DNA of 64,000 bases from Candidatus Amesbacteria bacterium RIFCSPLOWO2_01_FULL_49_25 (GCA_001773725.1 MEXP01000009.1:5073-69072); one strand, 5' to 3'. Positions 40,783-50,974 are shown, counted from the stretch's first letter. The notes: generated from the sequence alone by a model not told the origin. Made by a program: numbers and translations.

Positions 40783-41932
40783 GGTTTTTGGAGGAAAGAT
40801 GAAGCACTAAAGCCAGACTTGTAGCGGCCAGAACGCCGCGGGCAAAAGAAACCATTTGATCGGTCAGGGGCAAACGAAAGTTGATGCCGAATAGACCGAA
40901 ATTGAGTGAAGAATCGAAGGATAGGACAATAACTAAGTGACAGAGCAACAGAGTTAAAAGCTGCGGAAGAGTTTTTCGGAAGTGAATGAAAGTCAAAATA
41001 AAAAATGGAGTGACCCAGGAAAACCATTGAGGATGGTAGTGAGTGACTGAGTAAAAAAGCAGAAGAACGGACATGGGCCAGGCCCAATACGGCAGGCGCT
41101 TGGAAAAAAAATACTGCAGCCAGAAGAGGAGGACGAATCCAACCATAAACAAGGGTAGATATTGGGAGCCGGCGACCATGATTTTGGCATACCACATCTT
41201 GTCTGATTGCTGGGCGAGAAGCGCGTATTGTTTAAAACCAGGAGAAGATAGGTAAGGAAGAATTATGAGAAAGTAGGTAATTGCTCCAAGGCTTATGTTT
41301 TTGATCTTGGAGCCGGGGAGAAAGGGGAGTAAAAATAGCGGAAAAGGTTTAAATCCGGCTCCAATAGCCAGACTGAATGCGGCTATAATAGGACGACGTG
41401 AAGAAAAATACATAGCGACTACAAAAGCTAGGACTAGGAAGATATCAAATTGGCCCATTAAAAATGCCGAATAAATAAGAGGTAGATTGAATGCCCAAAG
41501 ACCGGTAGCCAGTAGTTTGTGTTTGACGTCTACAAGTTTGAGTAATAGCCAGAGAATGATTAAATCTACAAAAAGATAAGGCAATTTGAGTAAGAATAAG
41601 ACTTGGGAGTATTGGGGATTTTGGGAGGCTTGACCCATATCCAACAAGAGTTGTTCGAATAGACTTTTCTGAATTGGAAGAAGTTTTAAAAACGCTGCAT
41701 GAGTTAAATAAGTCAGAGGTGAGTAAACTAAAAAATCATCGCCGTAAAGCTTGACCAGAGGGTCGGTCCGAGGCAAACGACTGATGTAATCGTACACGCC
41801 CAAAAGGCTGTTTTTCTGAGAGATAAAATACCCCCCCAAATAGTGCCCACGGATGTCGGGATGGGAAGTGAAAGGCATCAAGGCCAACCTGAAAATGATT
41901 CCCAACAGAATAAATACCCAAGCTTTTTTCAT
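40769..41932 (-). CDS. GT87/PIG-M-like GT-C glycosyltransferase (family D)
   Basis: HPD, YSPL, LKLPY, MGQFD, KPFP and HPQW motifs. Similar to 28341. Confidence 0.68.
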   Translation of the reverse strand: MKKAWVFILLGIIFRLALMPFTSHPDIRGHYLGGYFISQKNSLLGVYDYISRLPRTDPLVKLYGDDFLVYSPLTYLTHAAFLKLLPIQKSLFEQLLLDMGQASQNPQYSQVLFLLKLPYLFVDLIILWLLLKLVDVKHKLLATGLWAFNLPLIYSAFLMGQFDIFLVLAFVVAMYFSSRRPIIAAFSLAIGAGFKPFPLFLLPFLPGSKIKNISLGAITYFLIILPYLSSPGFKQYALLAQQSDKMWYAKIMVAGSQYLPLFMVGFVLLFWLQYFFSKRLPYWAWPMSVLLLFYSVTHYHPQWFSWVTPFFILTFIHFRKTLPQLLTLLLCHLVIVLSFDSSLNFGLFGINFRLPLTDQMVSFARGVLAATSLALVLHLSSKNHELS

Positions 41933-42942
41933 ATCAGTTTTAGGAATTTGCGGTTGAATTCGCTGGTATCAAATATTTTACTCTTAACGACGGCAGCTTG
42001 TGAAACAGCTTGTAGTTTGGAGCTTTTCGCTTTTATCAGCTCCAAAGTAATTCTCTCGAGCTGGGAAGGGGTATCCCACAAAAAGCCGTTTTGGGAATGA
42101 TCTACTATTTCTTTGTGGCCACCCAGGTTGGTTATAATGGGGACAACTCCCGCGGCCATGGCTTCGACGACCGTGATGCCGAAATGTTCAGTTTGAATCG
42201 CCTTGTCCGCCGAATAGCCGCTGGCTGACCAAAATATATTGGCGGTTGAACATAAATCCTGAATCTTTTTAAATGACGGGTTGGTAATGATCTCGATCGG
42301 CAATTTTTCAGAAGATTTACGAAGTTTGTCGATGGTGGATTGAGTAGCACCCACTGTAGTTCCTCCGGCTAAAACCAATTTCCACCCCGGGAGTTGTTTG
42401 TGTATGTGTTTAAATGAGTTGATGAGGACGGAGTGACCTTTGAGTTGGGTGAGATGAGAAAAGCGCCCGATATATAAAATGATGCTTTGTTTTGTTCCGG
42501 GACTAAAAAGGGATGTGTCAATGGGGGGATAGATCACAGTGCTTTCGATATTGAACTCTTTATCGATCGTAGTTTTGGTAAATTGTGAATTGACGACAAA
42601 TTTGTAAAAACGGGACTTAATAATATTTGACATTGATTGACCGGAAACGTTTTGAAAAGGAAATTGGAAGTGAATAATGGTTTTGGGGGCTAATGAAGTG
42701 GGAAGAGAGCCATCGGAAAGCCAAAAAAGTAGTTTATAGTTCATGGTCCGCAGTTGCCGGACATAATTTGCTTGAGAAATATCTAATCCAAAACGATTAT
42801 TAATATCCTGGGATATGTCATGAGACCACTGGATATCTATTTGCCAACCGTGGTTGAGAAGAAGTTTAGTAAAAGCCGCAGTATAGCGCTCCCCACCTCC
42901 TAGGGAGTCCCAATAAGGGTTATAAATTCCGGCCTTTGGCAT
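41929..42942 (-). CDS. Glycosyltransferase family 4 (Alg11-like motif)
   Basis: GGGER, NSQFT, IYPP and EHFGITVVEAMAAG motifs. Confidence 0.9.
   Translation of the reverse strand: MPKAGIYNPYWDSLGGGERYTAAFTKLLLNHGWQIDIQWSHDISQDINNRFGLDISQANYVRQLRTMNYKLLFWLSDGSLPTSLAPKTIIHFQFPFQNVSGQSMSNIIKSRFYKFVVNSQFTKTTIDKEFNIESTVIYPPIDTSLFSPGTKQSIILYIGRFSHLTQLKGHSVLINSFKHIHKQLPGWKLVLAGGTTVGATQSTIDKLRKSSEKLPIEIITNPSFKKIQDLCSTANIFWSASGYSADKAIQTEHFGITVVEAMAAGVVPIITNLGGHKEIVDHSQNGFLWDTPSQLERITLELIKAKSSKLQAVSQAAVVKSKIFDTSEFNRKFLKLI
42731..42764. repeat. Degenerate 7-bp periodic tract
   Basis: agtttat agttcat ggtccgc agttgcc ggacat. Confidence 0.45.
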
Positions 42943-43669
42943 TTTGCATCTCCCAAACCCTGGCATAAATAACAAACGTATTAAATACTTGGAACAAGCC
43001 GTCGATTATACCTTTGGGGCCATCGCGCCAGGCAGATAACTTGACAAAACGCAGCCAGAACTCGGTGGCCATGACTCGCAAAAACCGCCACCAGACGACT
43101 AGGGGGTGATTTGCTTCTAATCTCAACCGAGCTTCGTAGTGAGTAAATTCTATAGTTTTATTTAGCATGGAAGATAAGTCACGATGGGAATGGTGTATGA
43201 GTTCATGGTTCGTAGTTGATAGTTGGCCCGAGTATGTTGGCTGTTCATGGAGTTCCCCTGAATATTTTTTAAGTAGTGATTTGTGAAACAAACGGATGAC
43301 TTTATCGTTACCCCAGCCGCCGTAGTGCATTTCTTTATCAAGATAGATGTTGCGACGGGGGATTTGATAGACACCTGGCTTGATAATAGATTTGACTTCG
43401 AGTCGAAGTTGGGGAGAAACGCGCTCATCGGCGTCGACGTAAAAAATCCAATCGCCCGTGGTATTTTTCAGGCCGGCATTCCTGAATTGGGAGTAGTCTG
43501 AGCCATTGGACTTGATTATTTTGGCACCATAAGACTTGGCTATTTCGTTGGTTTGGTCGGTGTTTCCGGTGTCAACGAGAATAATTTCATCAGCCAAATC
43601 TTTAACCGATACCAAGCAATCCCCTATCATGGCCTCTTCGTTTTTGGTGATGATGATTACACTAAGCAT
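42920..43669 (-). CDS. GT2, KdtX/WaaE-like
   Basis: ITKNEE, RN, VDADE and LHE motifs. Confidence 0.88.
   Translation of the reverse strand: MLSVIIITKNEEAMIGDCLVSVKDLADEIILVDTGNTDQTNEIAKSYGAKIIKSNGSDYSQFRNAGLKNTTGDWIFYVDADERVSPQLRLEVKSIIKPGVYQIPRRNIYLDKEMHYGGWGNDKVIRLFHKSLLKKYSGELHEQPTYSGQLSTTNHELIHHSHRDLSSMLNKTIEFTHYEARLRLEANHPLVVWWRFLRVMATEFWLRFVKLSAWRDGPKGIIDGLFQVFNTFVIYARVWEMQNAKGRNL
43200..43227. repeat. Degenerate 7-bp periodic tract
   Basis: agttcat ggttcgt agttgat agttggc. Confidence 0.55.
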
Positions 43670-44558
43670 ATGAGCCTGGGCCCAAGTTCATCAGATAAAA
43701 GTCGAGGACTCCCCTTTTTTGCCATTGACGGCCTGAAAATAATAATTTGAGTGATTCTTTCATTAAGGCGACTTTGGTGCGCACAGGAGCCCAGCGCAGG
43801 CCAAAAAGCAGGCGGTTTCGAGTGATGTAATAATCCTGAAGGGGTGAGCCTATGCCTGCAGCTTGAGCGTTGGCGTGCCAAGCAAGGCTGTCGGCCACAT
43901 ACATAATGGAGTATCCGATCCGTTTGGCACGTTGGCAGAAGTCGTTTTCCTCAAAATATAAATAGTACTTCGGATCGATTAGACCGGTTTTGTCAAAAAC
44001 TTCCCTGCGAACAAAAATTGACGCGCCGGTAGCAAATTCGGTCAAAGCGTCTGAATTGTATTGACCAATGTCTAGCTCATCGACTCCGCGATGCGAGGAA
44101 ATGAGATTGGCCCAATCTATCAGACCACCTGCCGACCAGATAACCTTGCCCCGGTCTGATTTGGAATAACGATCTTTGTGAAACTCGAAACCTGGGGAAA
44201 AATATATTTTTGGAGTGAAGATTCCGGCTCGGGGATACTTTTGGGCGGCGCTAAGGAAGGCGGATAAAGAATCGGGGGCAACGGTGACGTCGGGGTTGAC
44301 GATCCAAATAAAATCCGCTTCGTGGTCGAGGGCATACTTAATTCCAGCGTTGTTACCGGCGGCGTAACCGAGGTTAGCAGGATTTTTGATGAAGATGAAC
44401 TTGGGGTATTTTTTTTTAACAAAATCCGCTGTACCATCCGTAGATTGGTTATCTATTACTAGAACTTCTGATGGGGTGTCAAGTTTTTTTAGAGAATCGA
44501 GACAGTGGGAAATGTACTTTTTGGAGTTCCACGAAAGAACAATAATATGAACTTTCAT
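43662..44558 (-). CDS. GT2 (WbbL/rhamnosyltransferase-like)
   Basis: VLSWN, DNQSTD, NLGYAAGNN, VNPD, YFEEND and TRNRL motifs. Confidence 0.9.
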   Translation of the reverse strand: MKVHIIVLSWNSKKYISHCLDSLKKLDTPSEVLVIDNQSTDGTADFVKKKYPKFIFIKNPANLGYAAGNNAGIKYALDHEADFIWIVNPDVTVAPDSLSAFLSAAQKYPRAGIFTPKIYFSPGFEFHKDRYSKSDRGKVIWSAGGLIDWANLISSHRGVDELDIGQYNSDALTEFATGASIFVRREVFDKTGLIDPKYYLYFEENDFCQRAKRIGYSIMYVADSLAWHANAQAAGIGSPLQDYYITRNRLLFGLRWAPVRTKVALMKESLKLLFSGRQWQKRGVLDFYLMNLGPGSYA

Positions 44559-45451
44559 GATAACTTACGCATGAGCTTTAAAAGCGGTTTTGTAAGAAAA
44601 CCTGCTTGATCGATTTTGGTTTGATATTTCCACCAATTTAACTTTGAGTGGATAGCTTTTAGTTGATAGTCAAATTGGGTAGGAGTAACGGACTCGGAGA
44701 CGAAACCGGATTTTTCCCAGAGTTTCAAGTACAAAACTAACATGGAAAAGGCCTGGAGAAGGGAGAGGGTCAGGCCGTGCAGACCTTCTTTGTAGCCTTT
44801 ACGGGCAAAATACTGGGTAAGAAATTCCTCAGCAGGTTGGGTAACCAAGTCGGTCCAGGAAAAATTGTGGCCTCGAGCAATAACTTGTTCCAGTTGGTGA
44901 CTCGTGTAGCGATCCATCCGGTTGATAAATTGGGAGATTGAGTTGTAGTTGTGGTGGATGAGGGCGTGAGATTCGTCGGCGGGAAAATCACGGCCGGTGC
45001 CACGGGTAAAAGGAACACTGTGGATGACTGGATCCCAAGTAACGGCGCCTTTTTTGAATAATCTGTAAACATAATCCGGCCACCAATGGGAACTTTTGAT
45101 CCATTGACCAAAAATAATATTACGACGAGGGATACGGTAATAATCCGCACTGGTTTCCGTAATTGCGGAACGAATATGGCCGGCCAAATCTTGGGAGATT
45201 TCCTCGTCGGCGTCGAGGAGGAGGATCCAGTCGCCTCGGGCTTTGGAAATCGAGAAATTACGGACGGGTTCCACGATGCCGGTGTTTTTGTGGTGATAGA
45301 CTTTTGCGCCTAACTTCTTGGCGACTTCGGCCGTCTTATCGGTACTTTCTGTATCTACGACTATGATTTCTCCGGCGATAGGTTTGGCGGAAGAAATTGC
45401 CCGGGCGATGTTTTTCTCCTCATTCCAGGCGGTGATAACAACCGAGAGCAT
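44555..45451 (-). CDS. GT2, KdtX/WaaE-like
   Basis: AWNEE, DTESTD, RN, LDADE and WPDY..RLF motifs. Confidence 0.88.
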   Translation of the reverse strand: MLSVVITAWNEEKNIARAISSAKPIAGEIIVVDTESTDKTAEVAKKLGAKVYHHKNTGIVEPVRNFSISKARGDWILLLDADEEISQDLAGHIRSAITETSADYYRIPRRNIIFGQWIKSSHWWPDYVYRLFKKGAVTWDPVIHSVPFTRGTGRDFPADESHALIHHNYNSISQFINRMDRYTSHQLEQVIARGHNFSWTDLVTQPAEEFLTQYFARKGYKEGLHGLTLSLLQAFSMLVLYLKLWEKSGFVSESVTPTQFDYQLKAIHSKLNWWKYQTKIDQAGFLTKPLLKLMRKLS

Positions 45452-45463
45452 AGCGAAAGATAA

Positions 45464-46972
45464 TTATATGCTATCTCTTTGAGTCGCGCTAATTTTTAGC
45501 GCTGGGTGGGTTTGATAAACATATAACGCAGGTTGGGCGTTGATATCAGGAATAATGGTGACAAGGGTCAGAAAATGTTCGTCAGCCTGAGATGCGGAAA
45601 TGCCCAAGGAATCGGATATGAGTATTTGGTCGGTAAGAGCATCTGACTTCCAAAATATTGGTCTTATTTGGACGTTGTCGATTGTTTTATTGAGATCGAA
45701 CTCGACGTGATTATAGTAATCTTTGAGCCACTCAGTGTCGACCATTGACTGAAGTTTTTGCGGAGGGTAGTGATTGTAGAGAGCTAACCAAATATAAATT
45801 GGGCCTGACCTGGCGTTGTCGATTACTATAGTTTCGTCCGAATGGCTCCTGACGAAGTTCGCCAGGGCTTGGTATTGATACCCCCAAGCGGTTGAGCCTT
45901 CATGCTTTAATAAAACCAAATTTGAATATATCTCAAAAGAGGAGATTAGCAACATAAAAAAATAAACCATTTTACTTTTGCCCAGACCCATGGAGATGAT
46001 CCAGGCAAGAGTTAAAAACATCGGCAACGCCCGCCAGGTGGAGAAGTAATCCGGAGTAGCGGCGGCAATGGCCGGAGAAACAATTACTGATACAACTAAA
46101 GACTTGCCAAACAGGGATTTATAACTTTTAGAGGAAATAAACTTTTTTATTCCCATGATAAACGGAATTATCATCCACCAATAGAAGACGCTGACTTGGG
46201 GAAAAGATTTTCTGGGAGCTGGATCGGGGCGGCTAAAAAGATTAGACGGAGAGAAATATGTTAGAAATAAGAAGGGGTAATTGCCCCGCCCGGCTAAAGT
46301 AGAAATCCTGGAGTTGGCACCGGGGGTAAAACTGATAAACATAATTGGAATTTGGATAAGCAGAGCCAATAACAAAGATAAAATGACGATCTTTTTTCGC
46401 GTTTTCCAATAATAAACAGCTATGAGGGAAATTAATATAACTGAGAGAACTCTTTCGACCTGATAGGCGTAAGCGGAAAGCGATAAAAAGAGAAATGATA
46501 GCGGAAGCATTTTGGGCCGTGAGGCGGCTCTAACTGCCAATACTATCCCCAAAAATAGTAAGGTCAGAGCTAAGTTGGTCTCAAATGCTGCTCGGGAGTA
46601 GAAGATAAAAACGGGAGAAATAGCGACTACGAATCCGGCGGCAGGACCCAAAGCGGCTATAACTAAAACCACAAAAATAAGCCCGGAAACTAAGGATGGA
46701 AGACGAATGCTGACTGGATTGAGCCCGAATAATTTGACTGGTAAAATTGTCATATAAGTATATAAACTCGAAGAGTAAGTTCCGAACGACCGGTTTAATA
46801 TGGGCCAGGTTTTGCCGTATTCATCCCGACCGGTAAGTAAAAGAGAGTAGGCATTGTAGCCGTGGGAAGATTCGTCATCAGTTATACCAGCCGGAGTTTT
46901 GCCAAAATCTACGCCTCGGGAAATCATGGCTAAAATCAGGATTAAGCCCATGGCAAGATGCCGGTTATTCAT
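45464..46972 (-). CDS. ArnT/PMT-like GT-C glycosyltransferase (family B, short central loop)
   Basis: ITDDESSHGYNAYSLLLTGRDEYG and RLPS motifs. Start MNNRHL at 46972. Confidence 0.8.
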   Translation of the reverse strand: MNNRHLAMGLILILAMISRGVDFGKTPAGITDDESSHGYNAYSLLLTGRDEYGKTWPILNRSFGTYSSSLYTYMTILPVKLFGLNPVSIRLPSLVSGLIFVVLVIAALGPAAGFVVAISPVFIFYSRAAFETNLALTLLFLGIVLAVRAASRPKMLPLSFLFLSLSAYAYQVERVLSVILISLIAVYYWKTRKKIVILSLLLALLIQIPIMFISFTPGANSRISTLAGRGNYPFLFLTYFSPSNLFSRPDPAPRKSFPQVSVFYWWMIIPFIMGIKKFISSKSYKSLFGKSLVVSVIVSPAIAAATPDYFSTWRALPMFLTLAWIISMGLGKSKMVYFFMLLISSFEIYSNLVLLKHEGSTAWGYQYQALANFVRSHSDETIVIDNARSGPIYIWLALYNHYPPQKLQSMVDTEWLKDYYNHVEFDLNKTIDNVQIRPIFWKSDALTDQILISDSLGISASQADEHFLTLVTIIPDINAQPALYVYQTHPALKISATQRDSI

Positions 46973-47198
46973 AGCCGAGAGTTCTGAATACATAATCGAA
47001 AGATAAAAGAGAAAAGACTTGGGTTCTGGCCTGATAAAAACCGGTAGTTAATTTGTTTTGAAATATCCTGGAGATAGGCGGTGGGTAATAGCTTCTGCGA
47101 ACAGAGATGGCGTAGATATCAAGATTCGTCAAGGAAAGAAGGCGAAGGTACGTTGATATTGTGAGTACCAAAGCGAGCACAATCCCGAATACTTTCAT
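46965..47198 (-). CDS. 77-aa single-TM protein resembling the central loop of family B GT-Cs
   Basis: Exactly fills the gap with coupled overlaps on both sides. ISVRR...ISRIFQNKL...FSLLSFDYVF resembles IIRRR...LTPVFRNRL...RSFSTEFLF of 31069. Confidence 0.65.
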   Translation of the reverse strand: MKVFGIVLALVLTISTYLRLLSLTNLDIYAISVRRSYYPPPISRIFQNKLTTGFYQARTQVFSLLSFDYVFRTLGYE

Positions 47199-48799
47199 GG
47201 TAAGGAGGTGTCGACGAAGAGGAAACCCGGTTGGCCATTGAGAAAATCTACCTGGTGAACGACTTTGGAATAGGGTATGTCAAAACCAACATAATCCCAG
47301 GGAGCGGAGATGAGCAGGGCCTTTGCCCTCTTGGAGTCTTGTTTCCAGTCCACTCGGCGGAAAATAAACTTGGGAATTTGACGGGTGAGATAAAACTCGC
47401 GAGGATCGGGAGGGCAGTAATAGAGAACATAGGCGTAGGGTATGCCGGTAATGAGCGGGCCCAGACTGCCAAAAGTTTCAGAGATAAGGATATTGTCGTA
47501 GCGGTCTTTGTTTTGACAGGCATATTGAGCCGCTTGTTTGTAACCATACTGCCAGTATTCTGAATAAAACCTGGGAAAATGAACGAAGTAAATATCGGCA
47601 AATATAGCCAGAGAAATTGCTGAAATGGCAAGATACCCGATGGGTAAGAGTTTGCGAAAGCGGGGATACAAAAATTGAAAACCCGAAGCGATTACCAAAC
47701 CGAAGAACGGCAGCCAGACCAGAGAGCGCTGGACGTGCTGCTCGTTCATAGTGAAAGAGGCGGCTAAGGGGCCGGCGAAAAACCAAAACAAGATAAGATG
47801 ACGCAAAAAACGACCGCGGAAGAGAAGAAGGGCAAAGACACCGGCTATGAAAACTGGAAGGTCGGTTAAATACATCAGGCCAATATCGGGATATCCGGGG
47901 AGAGTCAATCCCTGGGCTTTCCAAAACCAGAAGCGAAGATCAAAATAATTGAGATACTTGGCCGCCCAATGATGGAAGATGCGATATAGGTCGTGATCGA
48001 AGATTTTTTGAGTCAGAGATGTGTAGGAGCCGCGATGAAGATAGGGACTTAGACCGGGGTCGCGTAAAATGGATGTGGCGGCGGCGCGAGTAGTGATGGC
48101 CGGGGTAGTAAAAAGAAGGTAAAAGAAAGGAATGGCAAAAATAAATAAGGGGAGGGTGGAAAGCAAGAGTTTTTTGGGGTGAGAGAAGAGAAACTTGAGG
48201 CGATCCCTGCTAAGCCAGAGTAACACTATAAAGAGCAGGGGGGAGAAGAGCCTATCGAAGTAAGACCAGACCGAGAGAGAAAAGAAGGTCAGACACCAGG
48301 AGAAATCGAGAAATGAAGACCGGCGAAGGGATTTGAGAAAAAACGCCAGCCCCAAAAGCAAAAAGGTAGAGGCGGCTATCGCCTCGTGTCCGTAGCGAGA
48401 CATGTGGATGTGCCAAGGCAGGACAGCCAGCCAAAGAGCCGCCAAGAGACTGGCCGGAGAGCTAAAATGGAGATGGCGAAGGATGTAATACCAGACAAAA
48501 ATGGCCAATGATCCAATAACAGCTAACGGCAAACGGGCCGCTAATTCAGTATTGCCAAAGATGGCAATGCTTGGAACCATAGAGTAAATAACTGTCGGGG
48601 GCGTGTAATCACCAATGGTTTTGAATATTAGAGGAAGGGCTATTCCCCATTCGTCGCGACCAGTATGCAATAGCGAATAGGCGTTGTAGGCATGATCCGC
48701 CTCGTCGATAGTTAGACTGACGGGATAGGAGCCGACTGAAAATGTCCGGGTAAAAATGGCTACCAGTAGGACTGAGATGGTTAGCGAAAACCGAACCAT
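47195..48799 (-). CDS. ArnT/PMT-like GT-C glycosyltransferase (family B)
   Basis: LTIDEADHAYNAYSLLHTGRDEWG, IGDYTPP and PWHIHMSR motifs. Confidence 0.82.
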   Translation of the reverse strand: MVRFSLTISVLLVAIFTRTFSVGSYPVSLTIDEADHAYNAYSLLHTGRDEWGIALPLIFKTIGDYTPPTVIYSMVPSIAIFGNTELAARLPLAVIGSLAIFVWYYILRHLHFSSPASLLAALWLAVLPWHIHMSRYGHEAIAASTFLLLGLAFFLKSLRRSSFLDFSWCLTFFSLSVWSYFDRLFSPLLFIVLLWLSRDRLKFLFSHPKKLLLSTLPLFIFAIPFFYLLFTTPAITTRAAATSILRDPGLSPYLHRGSYTSLTQKIFDHDLYRIFHHWAAKYLNYFDLRFWFWKAQGLTLPGYPDIGLMYLTDLPVFIAGVFALLLFRGRFLRHLILFWFFAGPLAASFTMNEQHVQRSLVWLPFFGLVIASGFQFLYPRFRKLLPIGYLAISAISLAIFADIYFVHFPRFYSEYWQYGYKQAAQYACQNKDRYDNILISETFGSLGPLITGIPYAYVLYYCPPDPREFYLTRQIPKFIFRRVDWKQDSKRAKALLISAPWDYVGFDIPYSKVVHQVDFLNGQPGFLFVDTSLP

Positions 48800-49401
48800 A
48801 CACTGCCAAGAGCGGCATAGAGTGAATAAAAGGAAACGGCCGCGGTTGCAATATTTTTATGAGTGGACAGACTATCGAGGCCTTGTGAGGCCCAACGCAA
48901 ATAGATGACGAGGACCGGTAGGAGAAAGGCAAGGTTCTTTTGACCAATGAGATAGGCGATTGATGTAAAGATAAACAGAAGGACGAATTCGGACCAGTGT
49001 TTGGTTTTAATGTGATTGAGAAGACCGATAAACCAGAAGGGAAAGAGGACTACGGGTATGGGTTGGAGGGAGGGGGGAGAAAAGTTGCTGCCGTCGCCGG
49101 TGACAAAGAACATACGCGGCTGGGCAAATTCAACCAATTCGATAAATTCGTTGATGAGCAGCATGGGATAGCTGTACACTAGCTTGGGGAGGAGAGAGTT
49201 GCGATGGATTAACCATCCCCCCCATTGCATGTCCCGCAGACGATCCAGGTATGGACCATTTATGCGATTGGCGAACGAACTTCTGAAATATGCGGGTGAC
49301 TGAACCCACTCTTTGACTAAATTTCCCGGTTGGGTAACCGGCCACCAGAAACCAGGGGAAATTACTAACAGCCATATCAACAGCCGAATCCGATGAGACA
49401 C
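48781..49401 (-). CDS. 206-aa membrane protein resembling the central part of family B GT-Cs, lacking the N-terminal catalytic loop
   Basis: PRMFFVTGD...VVLFPFWFIGL resembles PKFLFISGG...VALPFFYLGL of 25230; GTG start. Confidence 0.6.
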   Translation of the reverse strand: MSHRIRLLIWLLVISPGFWWPVTQPGNLVKEWVQSPAYFRSSFANRINGPYLDRLRDMQWGGWLIHRNSLLPKLVYSYPMLLINEFIELVEFAQPRMFFVTGDGSNFSPPSLQPIPVVLFPFWFIGLLNHIKTKHWSEFVLLFIFTSIAYLIGQKNLAFLLPVLVIYLRWASQGLDSLSTHKNIATAAVSFYSLYAALGSVWFGFR

Positions 49402-49405
49402 TGTT

Positions 49406-50974
49406 TTATTCTATCATCCTGCCCCAGATTGCTGTCTGAGAGTTTTCGAAAAGCTTTGTCATGCCTAGTTGTGATTCATTGAGAAATGGTCGGTTGCGAT
49501 CAAGGTCGGCTAAGTATATGTAGGAAATTTTATTGGCAGCCAAGAACTGGCGAGCTGAAGCTGGATCGGAGCTAGTGAAAAAATCGTTGACAGTTTGCAA
49601 ACGATCGCGCCAGGGAAATCTCGTGATATCCAGGTTTACCGTATCTTCCAAAAAGGTGGGGTGCTGGGAAAACGCGGCTACGTAGGCAGTGGACTCGTAT
49701 TTGTAGAGCGGCCTGGGAGCTGGGGCATAGGTGTCGGGTTGGGCGGGATATGTCAGAACCGCACCGGGTGGTTGGGTGGATAAAAAGTTGAGAGCGGTAA
49801 GTTCTTCCTGAGATATTTTGGCGGGAGGCTGAGACGGCAGGTAGTGAGGTGAGGTTTGAAAAACAGTCGGAATGGTTAAAAGAGCGATGAATAATGAAGC
49901 AGGAACCGTGGTCTTTGAGACGACTGTTCCCGCCATAATGCCGAGGAAGAATTGGGTATAGTAAAAGAATTGGAGAGTGTTCCATGGGGTTCCCGATTGG
50001 AGAAAAAACATAGGGATTACTAAACCAAGGAGCGAGGCTGAAATGTAAAATATTTTGTCAGGATGATTGCGGAATGAGAGTAACCCGATGGTCCTAGTTC
50101 CAAGATTCCCGACTAGGAAAATCAGCAAAGCGACGATGTAAGCTACTGGCAGCTTGATAAGATTGAGGGTTGATTTGTAGGCCAGCATGGCTTGATAAAA
50201 CCTAGACCAGTCGAGACGGTCTGATAAGCCCATCATTGTTTCCAGGTACCAGCCGGGCTGCCAAACCAGCAGCTTAGAGCTGTTTGCTAATAGCTGATAG
50301 TTTATGGGCAGATATATCAGCAGCCCTATTATTAATGAGATAAAAAATTTCTTATTTTTAAAGGCTGAAAAAAATATTCCTGAAAATGCCAGTAATCCGG
50401 CGTAGATTTTGACTTCAGGAAGAAGACCCAAAATAATACCCGCGAGGATGTAGCGATGACTACGAAGTAATAGTAATAATAATAGCAATAGGATAAGAGA
50501 CAGCGCGTAGGGGGGGTTTAGAAGAGTGGAGATGGCTTGCTGGGACCAAAAGGTTGATTCTCCCTTGCCCAATACCCAACCCAGACTGCCACCAAAGTAG
50601 GTAAAAAAAACCGACCAATTATTGGTGGTTAGTTTGAAAACCAGATAGCCGGTTAAAAAGGCCATAATTGGTGGAAGAATTTGAAAGTAAAGGTTGACCG
50701 TGGGAATTCGAGTGAGAACGTGCAGACTGGCGACTAAAAGATCAAAGCCGAGGTGATAATTTTGGATTTTCTCCCCAACAAAAATGGGCATTTCGAAAGT
50801 TCCTCGCGATAGGCCTTCGATGATAGCTAGGTGCCAAACTCCGTCGTGACCATTGGGACCCCAAAAACCCATGCCAAAGTCATAAACCAGCCCGCTTTTG
50901 ATCATGGTGGCTGACCAAATAATCGTGCCTATAGTTATCAATAACCAGTGCTTATTTCTTAGAATCCAGGGCAT
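49406..50974 (-). CDS. Polytopic membrane protein, probable GT-C glycosyltransferase
   Basis: WGPNGHDGVWHLA acidic loop after TM1, YHLGFD, KIY, and a soluble C-terminal domain (ISYIYL...LFEN). Confidence 0.6.
   Translation of the reverse strand: MPWILRNKHWLLITIGTIIWSATMIKSGLVYDFGMGFWGPNGHDGVWHLAIIEGLSRGTFEMPIFVGEKIQNYHLGFDLLVASLHVLTRIPTVNLYFQILPPIMAFLTGYLVFKLTTNNWSVFFTYFGGSLGWVLGKGESTFWSQQAISTLLNPPYALSLILLLLLLLLLRSHRYILAGIILGLLPEVKIYAGLLAFSGIFFSAFKNKKFFISLIIGLLIYLPINYQLLANSSKLLVWQPGWYLETMMGLSDRLDWSRFYQAMLAYKSTLNLIKLPVAYIVALLIFLVGNLGTRTIGLLSFRNHPDKIFYISASLLGLVIPMFFLQSGTPWNTLQFFYYTQFFLGIMAGTVVSKTTVPASLFIALLTIPTVFQTSPHYLPSQPPAKISQEELTALNFLSTQPPGAVLTYPAQPDTYAPAPRPLYKYESTAYVAAFSQHPTFLEDTVNLDITRFPWRDRLQTVNDFFTSSDPASARQFLAANKISYIYLADLDRNRPFLNESQLGMTKLFENSQTAIWGRMIE

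Noticed and set aside
44408-44417. Homopolymer runs (also near 1957 and 26782) as phase-variation sites
   Set aside because: The runs are at most ~10 nt, encode Lys/Phe stretches in AT-rich genes, and the frames are intact.
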